From positions 5,022,001-5,086,000 of the forward strand of contig CATNEN010000024.1 in assembly GCA_950097015.1 (NCBI GenBank): 64,000 bases of DNA, given 5' to 3'. The first letter of the stretch is position 1. Every line of letters starts with the position of its first letter. The stretch is from Macrostomum hystrix (Eukaryota; Animalia; Platyhelminthes). The position numbers were made by a program, and so were the translations under genes. Shown one piece after another: positions 58,908 to 64,000 of the stretch. The notes under the pieces were generated by a model that worked only from the letters and a program-made list of their open reading frames with translations, did no database searches and was not told the origin of the DNA.

Positions 58908-60687
58908 CGTAGGGTGTCCCAGAAATAGCGGGAAAAATCGATGTACAGGCAAACTGGTGAAACATAGTTTATTGAAACTCACGTCACTGATAAATAAACA
59001 TTCAGCAGTTCTAACGCTTTTTAAATTAAGTAAATATGTCAATTCATTAAAAAGTTATGGCTAAAATTAGAACAAGGGGTAAGGGGTAGAGTTACACCAA
59101 GTCAAGGCCCAACCTAAGTTTGTCCTTAGACAAAATTTTTGCGACAGAAGAAAATGAGCAGAAGCATCAGTGAACAGAAGCAGAAAAAGGCAACAGACGA
59201 GCAGAGAAGCGTGAGCACCAGAATCAAAATATGCAGAAGCTGACGCAAGAAATACCCGTGGCACCAACGACAGCAAGCACGATCGACATCGCGAATATCG
59301 ACATTTTGTGCGCCTCGACAAGACGCCGCTGTTAAGTTTGGATTTTTTTCATTTTCCCTTGTTCAATCGTTCAATGTTTAACGTTTCGTCCAAAGAAGGT
59401 CAGCGACAGTTCGTGTACTCCCAATGGAAATTGGGCAAGCGAGGCAGTGAAATTGTAAGCCAGCTGACTGAAATCTACGGAGTGAGTGCCATCTCGAAGA
59501 GTGCTGTCTATCGCTGGCTTGAAGAGTTCAGTCATGGGCGAACAGACGTTGCCGATGACACAGCCAACCGTGGCCGTCCGATCTCTCCATCAACAAAGGC
59601 ACTGATTCAAATGGTGAAGGAAATCGTACAGGCAAATCCCCGTTTGACTGCAAGAGAGTTGGCGGATCGACTGGGAAGTCCAAAAACTTCAATTCATCGG
59701 ATCTTGTCTGTGGATCTTGGTATGGTGAAACTGACGGCGAGATGGGTGCCCCGTTTGTTGACAGAAGAAATGAAAACTGTAAGAATGAAGTCCTGCAGGG
59801 AGAATCTTGAGCTGGTGCGTGATGCTGGTGGATGGGAGAGTTTCCGACCGTATCTGGTGACCGGCGATGAAACCTGGATACCGCACTTTGACCCTGAGAC
59901 CAAGCAGGAAAGCAAGGTGTGGGCGTTGAAGGGTTCAGATCCACCTGTGAAGGCGAAGCGAGACCAGCACTGCAAGTAGATCATGCTGACCCTTTTCTTC
60001 GATCAAGAAGGTCCCCTGACCATCGACTTCCTTGAGCCTAACAGCACGGTTAACTCGGACCGGTACACGGAGACGCTGACTAAGCTGAAATCGGACATCC
60101 GCAACAAGCGCAGGACTGCGATGAAGCCTCACCTCCTGTTGCACGACAACGCTCGACCTCACACGGCCAAGAAAACGCTTGATCGTATCAACGAACTCAA
60201 TTTTGATCTGCTTGCGCACCCGCCCTACTCACCAGACTTGGCTCCTTGCGACTACGCAATTTTCCCTCAGTTAAAGAAGCACCTGCGGGGGCGCATCTTT
60301 GACCATCGCGACAACTTGGAAGGTGAAGTCAGGCGGGTTCTGCTGCACGAAATTCCGCGTCGAGCTTATGCAGATGCCATCAATGCGCTTTTCACGCGAT
60401 GGACTAAGTGCTGCGAGCTAAGGGGGGACTTCGTCGAAAAGTCGTCAGTCGACGGCGATGGCGATGCTGCGTGACCGATTCCGCTGGCCTTGACTTGGTG
60501 TAACTCTACCCCCTACCCCTTGTTCTAATTTTAGCCATAACTTTTTAATGAATTGACATATTTACTTAATTTAAAAAGCGTTAGAACTGCTGAATGTTTA
60601 TTTATCAGTGACGTAAGTTTCAATAAACTATGTTTCACCAGTTTGCCTGTGCATCGATTTTTCCCGCTATTTCTGGGACACCCCTCG
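58908..60687 (+). mobile_element. Mariner (DD34D) transposon, about 1.78 kb, with about 200-bp TIRs; transposase 59374-60474 has one in-frame TAG at 59977
   Basis: TIRs 58908-59109 and 60486-60687 with few mismatches; TA at 58906-58907. Motifs WVPRLL, VTGDETW, HDNARPH, HPPYSPDLAPCDY, with 34 residues between the second and third Asp. Confidence 0.95.
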
Positions 60688-61466
60688 ACTTTATTTACTC
60701 GTAATAAAGTAATATACGTTACTATTTAATTCATTGTGGCTAAACTCATTCAAAAACTTTAAATAAAATAAAATATAGGCCCTGCATTGGATTTAGTGAA
60801 CATACTCGGTGGACATGGACCACGAAATCGAGCGCTGAGCTATTCTGTGACTGCGAATTGCTAGCTATAAGTAATATAAGTAAGTAAGTAAGAATAGCTA
60901 TAAGTAAGAAAAAAACTGGCAATTTAATTGTATGCAAACTAAATCGCATATCAAAAACTTCGTCTTCTAACTATATACCGCCTAATATGGGTCAACCTAA
61001 AGAGTGTATTCTGTTGTCTCTACAACAGGAAGGCTGATGTTTGCTACACAGTTGAGTTATTCACTTCTAAAATCCGTATTTAAGTCAGTAAAATAAAGTA
61101 TACAATTTATTCATACTAAAACATACACAAGACATTGATATATAACTTCAGTGCTTATTTAGCAGTTATTTATTTTTAAAATCAAACAGATATGGTGAAC
61201 AATTATTATGAGTTCGTTCTTTTTATTTACGTTATCAAGATGCATTTTATTGGAATTTTGACACATTTCGTGAACTAGAATAAGTAAAAGGTCACATGCT
61301 TGACGTTTTGTTTTGACTATCGAGCAATAATCCTAGAAAAACACTGTTTAAGTGACTCTACTTTTTAATGTGAATTTTTTAGTTTATTCTTTACGTTGTT
61401 TTCAAATAGCACTGTGTCCAAAACTTAGACAAGAGCAGTATTAAAATAAGTAGTAAGTCACTTTAA

Positions 61467-62077
61467 CAGTAGGACTACTAAGCCATTTTGCCGCCCGTTT
61501 TTATACCAAGGGGGGGGGAATTTCGCCCCCTGAAAATGTTTTTGCCAGCGCCTGAATGCTTTGGAGGTGACTGGTTGACAGACTAGTCGAGGGTGTCCTG
61601 TGGTTGAGCTGCGCCTTATAGACGTTATAGTTAGGCTTGAACAGTAAAATTTGAGAAATTCGCGTCAGGGTGTCCATAGTGGCCTAGTTTTACCTGTTGT
61701 AGTTCTTGAAGGTCTAGATAGATAAGAGAGATAGATATAGATAAAGGTCGGTGACCGCCGAAGTCGGAGATGATGCAAGCACATTCGGGTGACATGCTGA
61801 TAAAGTTTGAAGGTCTGGAAAGGCCGCACTGAGGCACAGTGCAAATTCGTGTATAGGGGTGTATGAAATGCACTAGCTCTTATGGGAAAAAATCGGACCT
61901 TCGGCCAGAAACATTGAATATCTTGACGGTCTGAAAAGCTGGCGACTTGTTTCTTGTTTCAGAAAATGCGCAACAAAAAGTTGACCTGTGTTCTTGAGTT
62001 TCGTGTGCTTGCATTGTTCCATTCGGGTGCAGCGAAAAAAATTGTCACGGGGGAAATCCCCCATGGTAGTTCTACTG
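61467..62077. mobile_element. Possible degraded non-autonomous DNA transposon (short TIR CAGTAG(G/A)ACTAC)
   Basis: Inverted 12-15 bp ends and subterminal GGGGG..CCCCC motifs; no clean TSD. Confidence 0.35.
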
Positions 62078-62895
62078 TTACTGTTTCTTTAGTAGTTCTA
62101 AAGTTTAGTTTAAGTAAAAACTGTTTTACCAATAGCTGATAGCTATTTCTAAAATATCTAACTTTGTAATAGTTTTAAAGAAATCTTTTAGCTAGGCCTA
62201 TTCTTTATAGACTTGTAATATAGTGCAATCTAAATTTCAATTGACCTCTAAAGTAACAGTACACTGTAGCCATTTTTAGTGTTAAATTATACTTACTATA
62301 TATAATGATGAAATAATTTGTTTTCATGGTTTTTTTTGTTTTCTTTAAATATTTTTTTATTTGAATATATGAATGAATATGAATGAATGAATGAATGAAT
62401 GAATATGAATATATATGAATATATGAATTAAATATTAAATATTAAATATCTAAGTATCATTCTTTTTCAATGTTTTAGCAATCAAGATTGTAGGCTAAAT
62501 TGATTTTTTTTGAGGAAATAGCTTTTACATCTCAAACTGGGCAAATTATATTTAATTGTTTTAAAAATGTTTTCATTTAATATTATATAAATAGTTTTAC
62601 CTCACAAAATATTGATCAGTCCTTTGTCATTCTCACTATATTTCAAACAATTTAAAATGTATTTTTAAAACATTTTTAATGTTCCTCTAGAGCAAGTGTT
62701 TCATATAGGCAGTTGCCAATCAATGTTACTAGCACTGCATTGTTGTCTATTGACCTAAATTTCAGAATCAATTGTCAAATTGAGCATATCTGAAAAAAGC
62801 AACAAAAATCTAACAGTTGATTGTACAGTTAAAAAAATTTGTGCCGAGACAAGGATAGTCCTTGGATTAATTTCACTGCATCTCCTGAGGCTGAG

Positions 62896-63807
62896 ATGTC
62901 AAAACGGAATAAGACGCCCCTAAAGAGATTCGGCTATGACGATGCTGTCGAGGAGACTGCGCCAGTAAAGAAGAAGCGTCCCAGTCAGCAGGGTGGGGCC
63001 AAGTCATCATCTGTTGGTGGTGGTGCTGCTGCTGCTCCTGGCGCCGCCCCTGACAAACAGGCAATTTATAGCAAAGGCGACTTTATTGCTGTCAAGTCGG
63101 ATGATGGTATGAACTTAATACAGTAGCTACATATAACAATATATCAATAAGCCTGATTCTCATTTGAAATATAGGCAGCAAATAACTGTTAGATGTCGGT
63201 GGTGTAAGTCTGTAAAACTAACTGGCCCAAGTGGATTCTTAAAGGGATAAATGTATACTTTTTGGGACTCAAATGATATTGTGCAATTAAAAGGCAGACA
63301 TACTTCGAAGCTATGGTGGAACCACTGGGCTCGTTGTAGCTTAGTGCTTAGAATGTCGAACTCACAGGGTCGTGGGTTTGATTCCCGACTCCGTTGGAAC
63401 AGTTTGTGTTCACTTATCTCTGCATTGCTTCAGTTCGCCCAACTTTTAAATGGGTACCCGTATTAGCTGGGGTAATAGATGTCGAGCGTGGCGTCACCCC
63501 AGTCCATGGACTGAACAGCCTTACGCAGTAGCCTTCAGATGCGCTGTGCAATATCTGCGGCTGTGCTGTCGCCTGCAGGCCTGCACGTCTACTATTACTA
63601 TTATTATATTGTCAAGTCGCTTTCAATACAAAAAATCTTCAAATTTTTTTAGAAGCCGAAGACTTCTTTATTGGCCTGCTGGAGCAGCCCCTCCTGTCCA
63701 ACGATCAGGATGTTAGCGTATTCTGGCTCAAAACAAAAGACGGCCTCAATTACGAGTGGGAATTTCGCGACTCCGTCAATGCTAGAGCGATTGTCACCAG
63801 GATTAAG
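62896..63807 (+). CDS. First two exons of an unidentified, probably nuclear protein (continues past the window)
   Basis: Exons 62896-63106 and 63653-63807 join in frame (G|AA): MSKRNKTPLKRFGY...PVKKKRP...YSKGDFIAVKSDDEAEDFFIGLLEQ...VSVFWLKTKDGLNYEWEFRDSVNARAIVTRIK. GT-AG introns. Confidence 0.75.
63334..63608 (+). mobile_element. Diverged tRNA-derived CORE-like SINE in intron 1 of the last gene
   Basis: tagcttagtgcttag...gggtttgattcccgactcc...tgcattgcttcagttc...aaatgggtacc...cagtccatggactgaacagcc, with a TTA-rich tail. Confidence 0.85.
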
Positions 63808-63894
63808 GTTTGCTCCAGGATTATGGGCTTCATGTTTTTTGAGGAGACAAAACTAACTCAATTGTCTGTGATTATTTAGGGGTCAAAACTGACG

Positions 63895-64000
63895 TCTCAT
63901 TTCTGAAACTGAGGAGTCATTTCTAAAACTAAGGAGTCATTTCTAAAACTGAGGAGTCATTTCTAAAACTGAGGAGTCATTTCTAAAACTGAGGGCTCAT
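63895..64000. repeat. 20-bp tandem repeat (TTTCTAAAACTGAGGAGTCA)n in intron 2, running off the window
   Basis: Direct repeats. Confidence 0.9.

Noticed and set aside
62049-62062. NF-kB-like site GGGGAAATCCCC about 4 kb upstream of TEP-B
   Set aside because: It is a single short motif at the end of a probable DNA-transposon relic, closer to the next gene, with no supporting evidence.

Overview
Eukaryotic (metazoan) genomic DNA: GC-rich exons, GT-AG introns, and introns packed with 15-61 bp minisatellites. The style suggests a free-living flatworm such as Macrostomum; that is an inference and was not tested. From left to right: a Pro/Ser-rich exon running off the left edge (-), an intronless B-type cyclin (-), an orphan ORF (-), a 5-exon MED17 (-), a TE-rich gap (decayed Merlin with a nested LINE 3' end, a MITE, a SINE), beta-TrCP (-), an intronless GT31 galactosyltransferase (+) and an IS630/Tc1 remnant. 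The main feature follows: two complete 17-exon thioester-containing protein genes (TEP/CD109/A2M family, about 1510 and 1516 aa) lie tail to tail. Their 3' halves form a near-identical inverted repeat (40913-45261 vs 47176-50722) around a ~1.9 kb spacer holding a frameshifted secreted WSC-domain gene. Their bait regions are unrelated, and their 5' halves alternate between near-identical and ~50% diverged blocks. This looks like a palindrome-based gene-conversion locus that keeps the thioester machinery the same while the bait diversifies. A long-TIR DD34D mariner lies upstream of the second TEP, and an unknown gene begins at the right edge. A tRNA-derived SINE with a MIR-like CORE domain recurs through the window, and one copy appears to have seeded a 25-bp minisatellite. 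All exon coordinates were reconstructed by hand.
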